DNA of 51,505 nt, filler included, from Streblomastix strix (taxonomy: Eukaryota), in NCBI GenBank assembly GCA_008636045.1. It is 3 parts of 3 records of this genome, joined end to end, with 100 filler letters (N's around TTAATTAATTAA, not from the genome) between each part and the next. Parts side by side here need not be neighbours in the genome. Positions count along the whole stretch, not along the records: positions 1 to 17,106 come from SNRW01000724.1; positions 17,207 to 34,307 come from SNRW01000725.1; 1 more part is not named here. One strand, written 5' to 3'. Of this stretch, positions 10,769 to 22,111 are shown in pieces. Both the position numbers and the translations under genes were made by a program. The notes under the pieces were generated by a model, which saw only the letters and a program-made list of their open reading frames with translations, was not told the origin of the DNA and made no database searches. The first letter of the stretch is position 1. Each line of letters begins with the position of its first letter.

Positions 10769-13700
10769 GGTGCACATGGATATGATTATCCTTTGGAAAT
10801 ATCGCTATCAATTACTATCATCTTATCAACTACTCCAGTAAGTGCAGACTTAGTTATTTTTACCATTGACATCACACCATTTTCCAATTAAATTTGTGTT
10901 ACTGGAACTGATATATTTGAATTATTTTCAATACAATTTATGTAATCATCTCTTGTCAAACCACTATTCTTTTCATTAATTCCCTTCATTCTAATTACAT
11001 CTTCATCATCATCATCATCATCTTTTTTATTACGGATAGCGGAATAACATTTGGGAGCTAGACAAATGATACTTTCTCTTTAGGATTCGATAGCACAACC
11101 GAGTAATTTCTTTTCTTCAGCAATTGTACATCCCTCCCATGGAAGCCACTCTTTATAATGATCATCCCAAAATTATTAATCTTTAATTGCATGTTTGAAT
11201 TTTTATTTATATCCTTCAACAGTTGAACTACTAATAGCTAGATACATCGAGTCAGTATCCGTACAGCAGAAGTGAACACGATCCATATCAATACACTTAT
11301 ACAAGAAGAAGTAAATGAAGCATAAATACCAGAATTTTGAATTGTCTTATGTGAAGATACTTTCTTATAAGCACTTGTGAGCAGAGAATGAATCTGGATT
11401 AATTAATACAAGATAACGGTCTTTGCAAATCTTTCGAGTGTTAGTGAAGCCTTTATTCAATTATTTTAAATATGTTTATTGTTTGTTATAGATACCAATC
11501 TTTTCAAATTTTTCATTATTTTATCTATCAGCTCCATATGAACTATTCACTATATTTTTGAAATAAAGTTATTTAGCTTGATTACCCTCTCTCATTGCTT
11601 GTTATCGTTTCTCAGCCATTACTTCTACGAATGATTTGAACGCAGTGTGTTTGGTAAATAATACTATCTCTTCAACATCATCGATAATGAAATGACAGTA
11701 GTCTATCAACAGCCATAAGTAGTAGCTTGAGAATGACATAAATTCATCGTGAGTAGATAGCAAAGAGGTTAATTTTGTTAGTAATTTATTAACAGTTATT
11801 CCTTTCTTTTACATTTTTTCATAAGTGAATTTTCCAATTGTTTTCTCATCAGTTTTATAAGTTCGCTTCCTCCAGATTGGTGGAAAATTAATGTGGTCGT
11901 TAATGTGATTCTTATCGATATGACCCTTAACTGACGCTATGAATAGCTATCCTTTTTCTTCAGAGAATCTATCTTCTGAGTTAATGATATTCATCATCTC
12001 TTTTCGTTTAGTATCTCTATAATCTTGGTCATTTGCTTCCCGAATTTTAATGTATTTAGTTACTCTTCCAGCCATATACATCTTATCACCTGTATACTGA
12101 TTATTTTTATTATAAATTCCAACGAAAGCACTTGGATATGATGAATTAAAATCAAGATCCAAAATATGTGTTATGATGTAATCTAAATCGTAAGCCGTTA
12201 CGTTATTTTCTTCAGAATTATACAGTAGTTTATTTATATGCGTAAATCCTTTGATGTTATATTGATGAAATACATATGATAATCCTTCATGGATAGGTTT
12301 GCGTAAAAACCAATAAACTTCTTCATCATCAATTGTCATAGGTAGATTCTTAACAATAGCATACTTGAACATCTATATCATTAATTTCGCCACATCAGCA
12401 TCCTTGTTTGATCTTGTAGAATTGCATAATTAGCATGCTAGTTTACAGTTATCTTTAGTGTGAGCAATGTTGTTGTCAATTCGTTCAAGAGTTGTTTTGC
12501 TTACTTTAGTGAACTTAGCATTACAGTTGCAACATTTAATTGGGATCATCTGATTGAAATAATCTATATTATTAGCGGTTACGTTATTTGTTGTATCTCT
12601 CCCTAAGTTTATATCTTACTGCAAACATGATTCAACTTTTTTATTCCATTTTTCTGAATAAAATTTATATTCTTTATGGTCTGTTTCTATGTTGTAATCA
12701 GCATTAATGTCGAAATCTTCCCATGCGTAATTATATTTAATTGAGTTAGCGATTTGAGATAAGGATATCTAAGATAACATATCAATTCCATATTCCCAAT
12801 ATAAGCCTATTAAATTATTGATTGGAGCAAACATACACTCTACATCACGAATATTGTAGTACTTTAGATATGACCATCTATCTTTAAATTTTCTGTTCCC
12901 ATTTACATCCAAACTATTAAAATCATCAACGTATTCCTAATAATCTTTATCGCTAATATTTTTTTGACTAATTTAATTATAAAAATCCTTATGTTCAAAT
13001 TGTTCTGATGATGATAAGAACTAATTTACATTGTTAGTGTTGAAGGATCCATGAGGAAATTTACCCTTAGTTAACTTAGTTCCATTCCCATACTATTTAA
13101 CGAAATTATCAAGAGTAGTTGGTGGAATATATGTAAGAACATCTTTGAACACTAGCTCGAAAGGATAATCTGTATGTCTAATTGTTACTTACTTCTGTTG
13201 TGTTGTTGATCCGAGATATGAGTTATTTTTAAATATGATTTTAGGATATTAAACTAGATATGGAAATATGATGTTAAAATCAAACTTCTTAGCATTGAAT
13301 CCGAAGATTGTTACTTGATGGATCTTTTATTAAAGTTTTTATTATTCGTTCTCATTATCGAATTTTACTATTGGCTCACATGCTAAATTTGCTTCATTAA
13401 TCTAGTTCGCTAGTTCCCACATTTGCTCTATGAATTTGTTCATGAAATCTTATGTTCGAATATCAATATATTTTGATTATATTTTATTATTAATTTATGT
13501 GCCAATCACAATAGATAATGGTAGTAATTACGCGTAAATTGACTCATTGTTCTAGTCTTGATCCTCAACAGTTTCTGCATCAATACACATGTAATTTTTT
13601 GTAGGTTGTAGTATATCGTTTACTCCATGCTCATTATCCTTTGGGAATAGCTTTTTTTTAGCCTGTTGCGAATAGCTTTTGAATAGTTTTATTAGATTTA

Positions 13701-15793
13701 AGAAATGGCATAAGTGGTTAGGCTAACTTATCAAGTTTTGGATGTTTCATTTGATCTGGACCTTTACATGATTCTAGATGAGTCTTTAAGTCTCTACAAA
13801 AGTGAGCACTAGCCCGATTGAATAATTTTTTATTGCATTTCTTGCATAAGTATCCACCAACTACTCGATCAATGTCTTTGATGAACATAGCGTGAACTTA
13901 TGGGTTATCATCACCTTGTATAGATAATGGAGCTAGTAGAATGTGAGTAGTTACCCACTCTTGGTTAACAATATATTCGTTAGATTTATTGAATTATTTT
14001 TCAGAGTGATCATATTCATAAGTCATCACATTTAGCTTGAAACATTATTGGAATTTCTCTAGATCTGTATCTTAATTGAATCCTGCATAATCTTTCAACA
14101 TTTATTTTTATTCTTTATTTAATCGTCCACCATCTTTATGAACTTGATCATTAAATTACTGGAACAATTCAATAGCATAAGCGATACGCGATTTATTGTT
14201 ATTTATTTCAGGATGTAATTAAAATGAAGCAGCTATGAACCAGCAGATATTGTAATCACAATCGATAGATCTAGTGTAATCGTGTTAATTAAACCATTAT
14301 ACTTCGGGTCTTAATTTTGTTCCAAGTGGTAATTCATAAACAATAATAACAAAAGAATAAAGTGCTACTCTTCTAGTGTTCGATTCTTAGTGAAGAGGTG
14401 ACTAATCTTCGTAAATCATATCGTGAATTTTATCTTTGAATAGTTTAAGTGAAGCATTATCTCGTATAATTATTGGGTAATTTTTATGTGAATTTTCTAA
14501 TGATGGTTTATAGTAATGATAGCTGAAATCGTTTCTGATCCCCTTCTTGATATGAGTTGATTAAGTATTTTACCAGATACTTCCAAAGTCTGCTGCTATC
14601 TTATATATTTTATTTTTATGTAATTCATGTAATTATGCTAGTTTATCATCGAATTATTAAAAATGAGTAAATTTATTAAAGTAATATGTATGATAAGGTT
14701 CTTTATTTTAAATATTATTAGCCTAAGCAGATTTCTCAGATATTCCATTAAGATTAACCTCATTCTATTCACGGTATCGCTTTCGTGTTTCAATTAGGAT
14801 CTCATTAAATTTCTTCAAATCATCAGGTTAAAAAAATATAAATGCTTTGAGCTATTCATCAACATTGGCGTTATATTCATTAGTGAACTTGAGATCAGGC
14901 TCTTTTAATTATTTATTTTTATAGAATCCGAGTAATGATTCAGTTAGTTTTGCTTATCTAATCGTATTCTCTTCTTCAGTTAGTTTATTTTTGTTAATAT
15001 CTGATAATCTCTCATCTCTAATTCGTTTAACTTGCTTGAATGTATTACTGAGATCTTTAATAAAGTGATTTATTATTTTTCGTTGTTTATATCACTAGTA
15101 TTATCGTTATATTTTCCTAGCTGCTTAAGTTAGTTATAACAAGTCTGAATTGTGAGCTAACTCAGCTCTTGTATTGGTTACATAGTCCTTACTAATTATA
15201 TTCAAATCATTGATTCGTTATTATTTTATTTCATTAATTTATTACACTTATTTATCCTTTAATTCTTATAGTTATCTCTTTGCATCATTGATTTACTAAC
15301 GATTTCTAATAGATTTCTTGACTAAATCGATAACCTTCTTACGCGTCACTTCGTCTTTAATCTCATTTAGTTAATCATTAGCATTATTCAATCTTGTTGA
15401 TTATTCCTATAACTTTGTCACTTATTATCTAAGTTCAATTTACTTATTAATTTCATCCAATTTTTCCGCGGCTTGTTTAAGTTCTTACTTTGCTTTGATT
15501 CTTTATTGTTATAGTTATATTAACTCTTACGCATCATCTTATTCATCACTTTATACATTACTCTTTATAGTGGTAACTTCATTGCTATTCTATACATCAT
15601 TTGTTACTATTATATGGTTAACGAACTCTCTTATCTTAGTAACACTACTCTTTGATCCTGAGTACCTCTACGCTTTGATAGTTTACAGTAACAGTTAATC
15701 GAGTACCGGTTTAGTTGATTTGTGGTCATATTGAACATCAAGTTGATCGAGTATCTAACGAACTTCAGAAATCAAAAAATATTTCCTCTCCAT
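10726..15793 (-). CDS. Protein-primed PolB polyprotein (~1688 codons: HeH-like/coiled-coil, putative terminal protein, OTU-like protease, Zn finger, 3'-5' Exo, HNH insert, polymerase)
   Basis: Motif A DFNSSYPS, B KNIVNSSYG, C CCTDTDS; ExoI CIDAET, ExoII GFNAKKFD, ExoIII YYNIRD; NICWF...VHAMFI; CKKC..H...C. The only interruptions I found are one in-frame TGA (15092-15094, shared with copy 2) and a +1 shift in the T8 run at 13652-13659. Confidence 0.92.
15092..15793 (-). CDS. 233-aa N-terminal product of the polB ORF (HeH/LEM-like head plus coiled coil) if the conserved TGA terminates
   Basis: MERKYFLISEVRQILDQLDVQYDHKSTKPVLDQLLLQ... resembles a helix-extension-helix pattern (inference). Ends AARKIQRQYQ-TGA. 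Equivalent 213-aa frame in copy 2 (30572-31213). Confidence 0.6.
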
Positions 15794-15832
15794 TTTGGAC
15801 TCGATAAAATTTTGTGGTTCGATGTTTGTATA

Positions 15833-15876
15833 ATGTATGAGTTATGAATGAGTTATGTATGAGTTATGTATGTGTT
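15833..15876 (+). repeat. Four tandem 11-bp units (ATGTATGAGTT) in the divergent polB/ORF3 intergenic region
   Basis: atgtatgagtt atgaatgagtt atgtatgagtt atgtatgtgtt; not seen in copy 2. Confidence 0.8.
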
Positions 15877-15909
15877 ATGCGTATTAACTATTTTTTCCAT
15901 AATTGAAAT

Positions 15910-16854
15910 ATAGTTAGTGAAACAGCTGAATTGCAACAATTAATATAATAAATTTCTGAATTAACTTCAACAAGTGCTATAAGATAATTTGTATAAGAAA
16001 ATTATGATATGCTATAATAAGTTAGTTCATTCGTTCTAAATAAATATCTCACAATACCCGACTATAAATTTACAATACGCAATAATTTAATTGAACTTTA
16101 TCATGTAAAAACAAACAAACAGAAATAATATGAATTACTACCAAAATAAATTGAGTAGGTAAAATAAGATAATACATTAACTGACACGTTAACGGATCCT
16201 GCAAATTCATAAGTGAAAACACAACTCCCAAGATAAATTTATCCTATATATTAGAGTGCTGATGATGTGGTTTAGCAAGACAGATAAATAAATGAATAAT
16301 TAAGTGAATAGAGTGATAAAAATACTATTAAATCATCAATAAATAAATTATTGATTAATCATTATTCATAATAAGATAACAAAAATATTTATCCAACATC
16401 AGGTGTATAAACTGGTGATCTTATTGAAGGATTATTCGAAAGTGAGTTAGGTTAAATGTTAGAAGTAACTTGTGATGCACTATGCGAATATAATGAAATT
16501 GATTCAGGTATTGATCATGAAAAATGTAAGTAAACTCGTGAGTATTATTAAATGAATGTATCAAAGGATGCGTAGCAATAGATAAATAATGTTATTAAAT
16601 TATTAGATTCAAGTCTACTTGGAATCTACATTCGAAATATATATAGTTTGGTAGCTCAAATGTTACAAAATTAAGCTTATCAAACTAATACACCAAAGAT
16701 GTCCGATCATGATAAATTTATAGAGTAATTACGAAAATAAAATGAACATCTCTCAAAAACACCTGAAGAAATTAAACATCATTTATTTCCTAATCTTTAC
16801 AAAGAACCATATTAGTAATCATACCAGTAATCATATTTTCAACGTTCTGATTGA
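15910..16854 (+). CDS. Orphan ORF3 of the 8-kb element (~314 aa, unknown function)
   Basis: TGA-free frame conserved with copy 2 (PRQIYPIYQ.ADD, TIKSSINK..INHYSQQDNK, GLFE.E.GQ.LE..CDALCEYNEI, SDHDKF.EQLRKQNE). ATA at 15910 aligns with the ATG of copy 2; first in-frame ATG at 16009. Confidence 0.75.
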
Positions 16855-16877
16855 TTTCATTATTTTTTGGAATTGAG

Positions 16878-17106
16878 GCGCTTTTATCATTTGTTCTCTA
16901 ATAAGTTATCTCAATCAATGTTCAAATTATTTTTGTGTTTGTTAGCAACTACGTTGTCACCAAAGGTACAATCCCTTGATATTAAGAATTGAATTTCCGT
17001 AACTTCTATTTTCAAATAATCGATGAGATTCATGCTTATAAGTACCTTTCAAAATCAATGTGTTAGAATCATCCAAAATATCGGTTAGAATCGTTGATAT
17101 TAAGGG
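16878..17106 (-). repeat. Right terminal inverted repeat of copy 1 (outer ~100 bp missing)
   Basis: Reverse complement of 9158-9386; runs into the N linker. Confidence 0.92.
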
Positions 17107-17206
17107 NNNNNNNNNNNNNNNNNNNNNNNNNNNNNNNNNNNNNNNNNNNNTTAATTAATTAANNNNNNNNNNNNNNNNNNNNNNNNNNNNNNNNNNNNNN
17201 NNNNNN
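17107..17206. other. Artificial contig linker
   Basis: 44 N + TTAATTAATTAA + 44 N, identical to 34308-34407. Confidence 0.98.
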
Positions 17207-17207
17207 A

Positions 17208-20200
17208 GCTAATGCTATTATTGCAACTAGAAGTCGTAGATGGTGCCTGATGATAGATCCATAAAAACAAGCTAATCGATGGGTTAAGAATCTTTGGAAA
17301 GAAAGAGGAATTCGAATAGTTAAACCACATGACAGTACTCTTATGCGCACAATGGAGAATGGGGTTCGTGTTGGTGTACCTGTCTTACTTGAGAATGCAG
17401 GAGAGACATTTGAACCTGCATTAACACCAATACTTAATAAGAGCATAACAAGGGCTGGAGGTCGTCTTACAATTCGTATTGGTGATCAGGATGTTGATTA
17501 TTCAGAAGACTTTTCACTTCAAATCACAACAACACTTCCAAATCCACATTACACAGCTGAGATATCAATTGCTACAACTATAATAAACTTCACAGTAACA
17601 CCATCTGGATTAGATGAATAACTGTTAGCAGAAACAGTTCGAATTGAAAGACCTGAACTTGAGGCATAAAGAGATTCATTAATTGTATAAGCAGCAAAAG
17701 ATGCAGATGATACAAGTAAAGTTGAAGATGATATTCTTAATCTGCTTTCCTCAGTATCTGGATCTATTCTTGACAATGAAGATGTAATATAAGCTTTGGA
17801 TAAATCTAAAGAAATAGCGGAAGAGATTTAAAAAAGAGCAGAAGAAACTAAATAAACAACTGATCTCATTAATGCAGCTCGTGATTAGTACAGAGATGTT
17901 TCACGTCGTGGATCACTAATATATTTTGTAATTGCAGACATGGCTAATGCAGATCCAATGTATTAATTCTCTTTAGCATTCTTCATTTCACTATTTTCAA
18001 AATGCATTAAAGATTGTAGAAAACAAAAGAATAGTGATCATGATGAAGCAGAAACAGATTCAGACAGATCAGATTAAATAGAAACATAATATAATGAATC
18101 TGATATTAAAAAACATGTTGATGAATTGGTTGATGTTATTACTAAGACAGTCTTTGCAAATGTTTGTAGGGGATTATTTGAGAGAGATAAGCAGATATTC
18201 TCCTTCCTTATAACTGCATAAATTGCCAGAGATAGAGGAATCATGTCTACAGAAGAATGGCGTCTCTTCTTATTGGGTAATGCTGCAATTGTGAAAACAA
18301 ATGAAGATGAAGATTAGCAGAGTTCTGGAAGAAGTGGTTAGCCTTCAGACAAACCATCTTTCTTGAAAGATGCACAATGGGAACTAATTAATGAATTGGA
18401 GAAATTCAATGTTCCTCGAAAATAAAAAGCAAATTCTTAATCTAATACATCACCTGATAATCAAGGAAAATAGCAGAATGCAACTTTAGAATTAGATTAT
18501 CCATATAGAGGCATATCATTCTCTATGATAAGTTAGCATGCAGCTAATGCTTGGGAAGACTGGATTAATTCTCCAAAACCAGAAGAAGCACCGCTTCCTT
18601 AACCATGGGCTAGAGTATTGAATGATTTCTAAAGATTGGTTATATTAAGATGTTTAAGAGAGGAACGTGTTGTTTTTGCTGTAAGATTAGTAGTTGATTC
18701 ATAATTGGGAACTTTCTATAGTGATCCACCTCCATTTGATATTAAAGAGACATTTGCAAGTTCAGATTCAGCAACTCCAGTTGTATTCATTCTATCTCCA
18801 GGAACAGATCCAGCTTCAATGCTCAGATAATTTGCAGCAGAATCTGGATCTGCAGAAAAACTTGTATTGAAATCATTGGGTTAAGGATAAGGTCCAATTA
18901 CTGAGCGATTGATAGAGAAGGGAAAAGAAGAAGGCCTTTGGGTTTGTTTATAGAATTGTCATCTATGCACAAGTTGGATGCCTTCACTTGATGCAATTGT
19001 TGAGAAGTTATCTGCTGGTTCAAGTGGAGCTCCTGCAACTAAATAACAAACAACTGGAGGGAAAAGAGGGAAGGAAATAATTAAGAGTGATTATGTGCAT
19101 CCTGATTTCCGTCTTTTCTTAACTTCTATGCCATCAAAGGCATTTCCAGTTGCTGTTCTATAAACATCAATTAAAGTTACAAATGAGCCACCTCGAGGAT
19201 TAAGAGTGAATCTTTAAAGATCAATGATGTCATTTGCTGAACATTTTGATGATCATCCAGACCCATTATAGAGAGTTGTCTGGAAAAGGCTTCTCTTTGG
19301 ACTTGGTTTCTTCCATGCAGTGATTTAAGAGAGAAGAAAATACGGTCCATTAGGATGGAATATAATGTATGATTGGACTTTAGCTGATCTTGATGTCAGT
19401 AGAGAACTTCTATTAGAGTATCTTGGTGGTAAACATGAAGGTGATGAAAATTAATAAGGAGATAAGGTTAATAATGAAGGATAAGAAAATGAAATAGATT
19501 AAGATGAAGATGACTAAGAAGGAGATTAATAAGATGGAAATGAAAAGAATAAAAAGAAACGTAGAAGGAAGGAAGCAGATCTTGATTTCGATGATGAAAC
19601 AGGTCCAGATTTGGATATGAATACGATTCCATTCAAAGCACTTGCTTATATTGTTGGAGAAATTAGTTATGGGGGAAGAGTTACAGATGTTTGGGATATG
19701 CGTTCATTAGAAGCCATTTTCAAGCTTTTCTTCTGCCCAGAGTTTTTACAGCCCCACTTCAATATAACATCTGATGGAACATATACAGTACCAAGACTTG
19801 GAATGATTGATTATGAAGAAATGGAATTATTTGTACACAGTCTTCCAGTAGCAGATACTCCTGAAGTTTTTGGATTACATGCAAATGCTGATATTACATA
19901 TTAATAAAGAGAATCACGATTTCTTCTCTCAACAATTGTAACACTCTAACCAAATATAAGTGCACCTCCAATAAAGAAGAATAATAATGAGGCAGGAGAA
20001 GAAGAAGAAGAAGATGATGATGAAGAAGAAATTGAAGGAGATGAATAAAAAGATTCATAAGAAGAAGAATAAGAAGAAGAAGAATAAGAATAGGAAGATG
20101 AAGAGAAAGAAGAAACAGATGGAGATTCTTAAGAGAAGAAGAATAAGAAGAAAAGAAAAAAGAAAAAGAATCAGTAAAAGAAGAAATAAAAAACAGTATT

Positions 20201-21674
20201 GTCTGTTCCTTCATCAGATGAAATAGTGACTTCCATGTGTCGTACCTTTGCGTCTCGAATTCCAAAGTCTATAGATTTCTCTAAAGCTCATTCATCAATA
20301 ACAGGAATTTTACCTAAAAAAAGTATGAAAAAATAAACTCAAGGAAGCTTAACTCAATTAAAGGTTTAGAACAATTAATAAGTTGCTAAACCAAATGAAG
20401 TTTAAACTGAATTGGATGAATTTGGTAATCCAGTTGAAGGGAATGATTAGAACACAAGGAAAATACCAAGTAGTGAAACCGCATAAAGTGACGCTTCAAA
20501 CTCAGAAGCATTAAAGAATTAGTAGATAGAAGCAGAATTATTGGCAGAGGAAGAACTTGCTCGTAAATTTAAAGAAGCAGCTCAGAAGAATTCGCTTAAT
20601 ATTGTATTGCAATAAGAAACAGTACGTTTTAACAGATTGTTGAATGTAATTCATCAGTCACTATCTGATCTAAAAGCAGCTGTATAAGGATTTGTTGTTA
20701 TGAGTGAATCATTAGAAGGTATGCATTAATCGTTCCTTATAGCTCAAGTTCCTGCTATCTGGGCTAATGTTGCATATCCATCATTGAAATCTCTTGGTTC
20801 ATGGATTGATGATCTTATTGTAAGAGTGAATTTCCTTGAAATGTGGATTGAGAATGGAGCACCAAATTCATTCTTACTTCCTGGATTCTTCTTTCCATAA
20901 GGATTTCTAACTGGTATATTACAGATGCATTCAAGAAAGACTCAAATACCAATTGATACTCTTATATTCAGATGTCATGTAGAAGATTAAATATTTAGAA
21001 GTGAGGAAGATGATATGCCAAATAAAGGGCCAATAACTGGAGTATATGTTCATGGGTTATTCCTTGAAGGAGCTCGATGGGATAATGAAGAACATGTTAT
21101 TAGTGAGAGTGAGCGTGGAATACTCTCTGTTCAAATGCCCATGTTATGGCTTGAACCTGTTGTTAGAGGCACTGCACCAATCACAGATGCACTCAACACA
21201 AAAGCAGATATAGATAATAAATTGCAGGATAGAAAAATATCACTTCAACAGGAAGATGATGAAAGATAAGCTTAAGCAGAAGATATAGCACATGAATGGA
21301 ATGAAGAAGAAAATGGAAAGGTCCCTGATGAACTTGGAGTAATTGTTACTAATGCTGATGTTATAAATGATGGAGAGAATTCTTCTTCTTTAGATTAGAC
21401 AATTCTTTTATAACGTAAGCATTAATTATGGTGTGAAAGACGTGCATAAGCAAGAAAGGAAATCAGAGAGTAATAGAATAATGATCGAATTAATTCACGA
21501 CATCGTCTTTGTGTGTATGACTGTCCATTATACAAGACTCAGGCTAGATATGGAGTACTTTCTACAACTGGACATTCAACAAACTTCGTCTTTGCAGTTT
21601 CCTTGCCTACATACTAAATCCCTCAGCATTGGGTTAGACGAGGGGTAGCACTTCAATGCGCAGTCGAAAACTGA
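17208..21674 (+). CDS. Axonemal dynein heavy chain, C-terminal part (AAA5, AAA6, C-terminal domain), 5'-truncated; probably inner-arm type
   Basis: Single frame under TAR=Gln: [103 protein letters not shown]. Long acidic/Gln-rich inserts. TGA at 21672-21674. Confidence 0.96.
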
Positions 21675-22111
21675 AAGCACCTAACATTTCACTGCACTCC
21701 ACCTTTACACGCACCCAATCGGAATAATAATAATTTTCTTATATCTTCCACTTCACTTCACGCCATACACACTACAAATTATTGTATTATAATATAAATT
21801 AGTTATATATATTTATGAATGAAGGAAATACGATATCATATTACATTTTCAGGAAGTATTTTCATAAGGTTTGGATAATAAAAAACCAGTTGCACTCTTG
21901 AAAAAAGGTCACAGATCGCTTTAATACATGCTTTTACGATATATTTGTTTAGATTATTTTTTCTTTTTATTTGCAAATATAATTGAATAATAAAAAATTT
22001 GTATTGCGATAAGCCACTGAAAGTTTCATAAACGCCAAATAACTCGTTTCTGAACATAATTTACTATATTTTAAACTTAATCTTCTTATTATAATTTTAT
22101 GAATTACTTAG

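Larger units (their letters stand above)
9057..17106. mobile_element. Compact ~8.1-kb Polinton-like self-synthesizing element, copy 1 (young; right end cut by contig end)
   Basis: Starts ACTACTA. Left TIR 9057-9386; right TIR 16878-17106 is the reverse complement of 9158-9386 with 4 mismatches in 229 bp. Encodes integrase, pPolB and one orphan ORF. Colinear with 24545-32530. Confidence 0.93.

Noticed and set aside
13652..13659. Programmed frameshift in polB at the T8/A8 run
   Set aside because: Copy 2 is in frame and lacks the run; more likely a homopolymer error or a private mutation.
16831..16890. 19-aa ORF starting at the mirrored ATG in the right TIR
   Set aside because: Frame not preserved in copy 2; explained by TIR symmetry.
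17107..17206. TTAATTAATTAA palindrome within N runs (also 34308-34407)
   Set aside because: Identical synthetic linker. Adjacency across it has no biological meaning, so the three segments are not linked.
19894..20265. Track ORFs 19987-20226 (Lys/Arg-rich) and 19894-20265
   Set aside because: Alternative-frame and antisense readings of a Glu/Gln-rich insert in the dynein gene.
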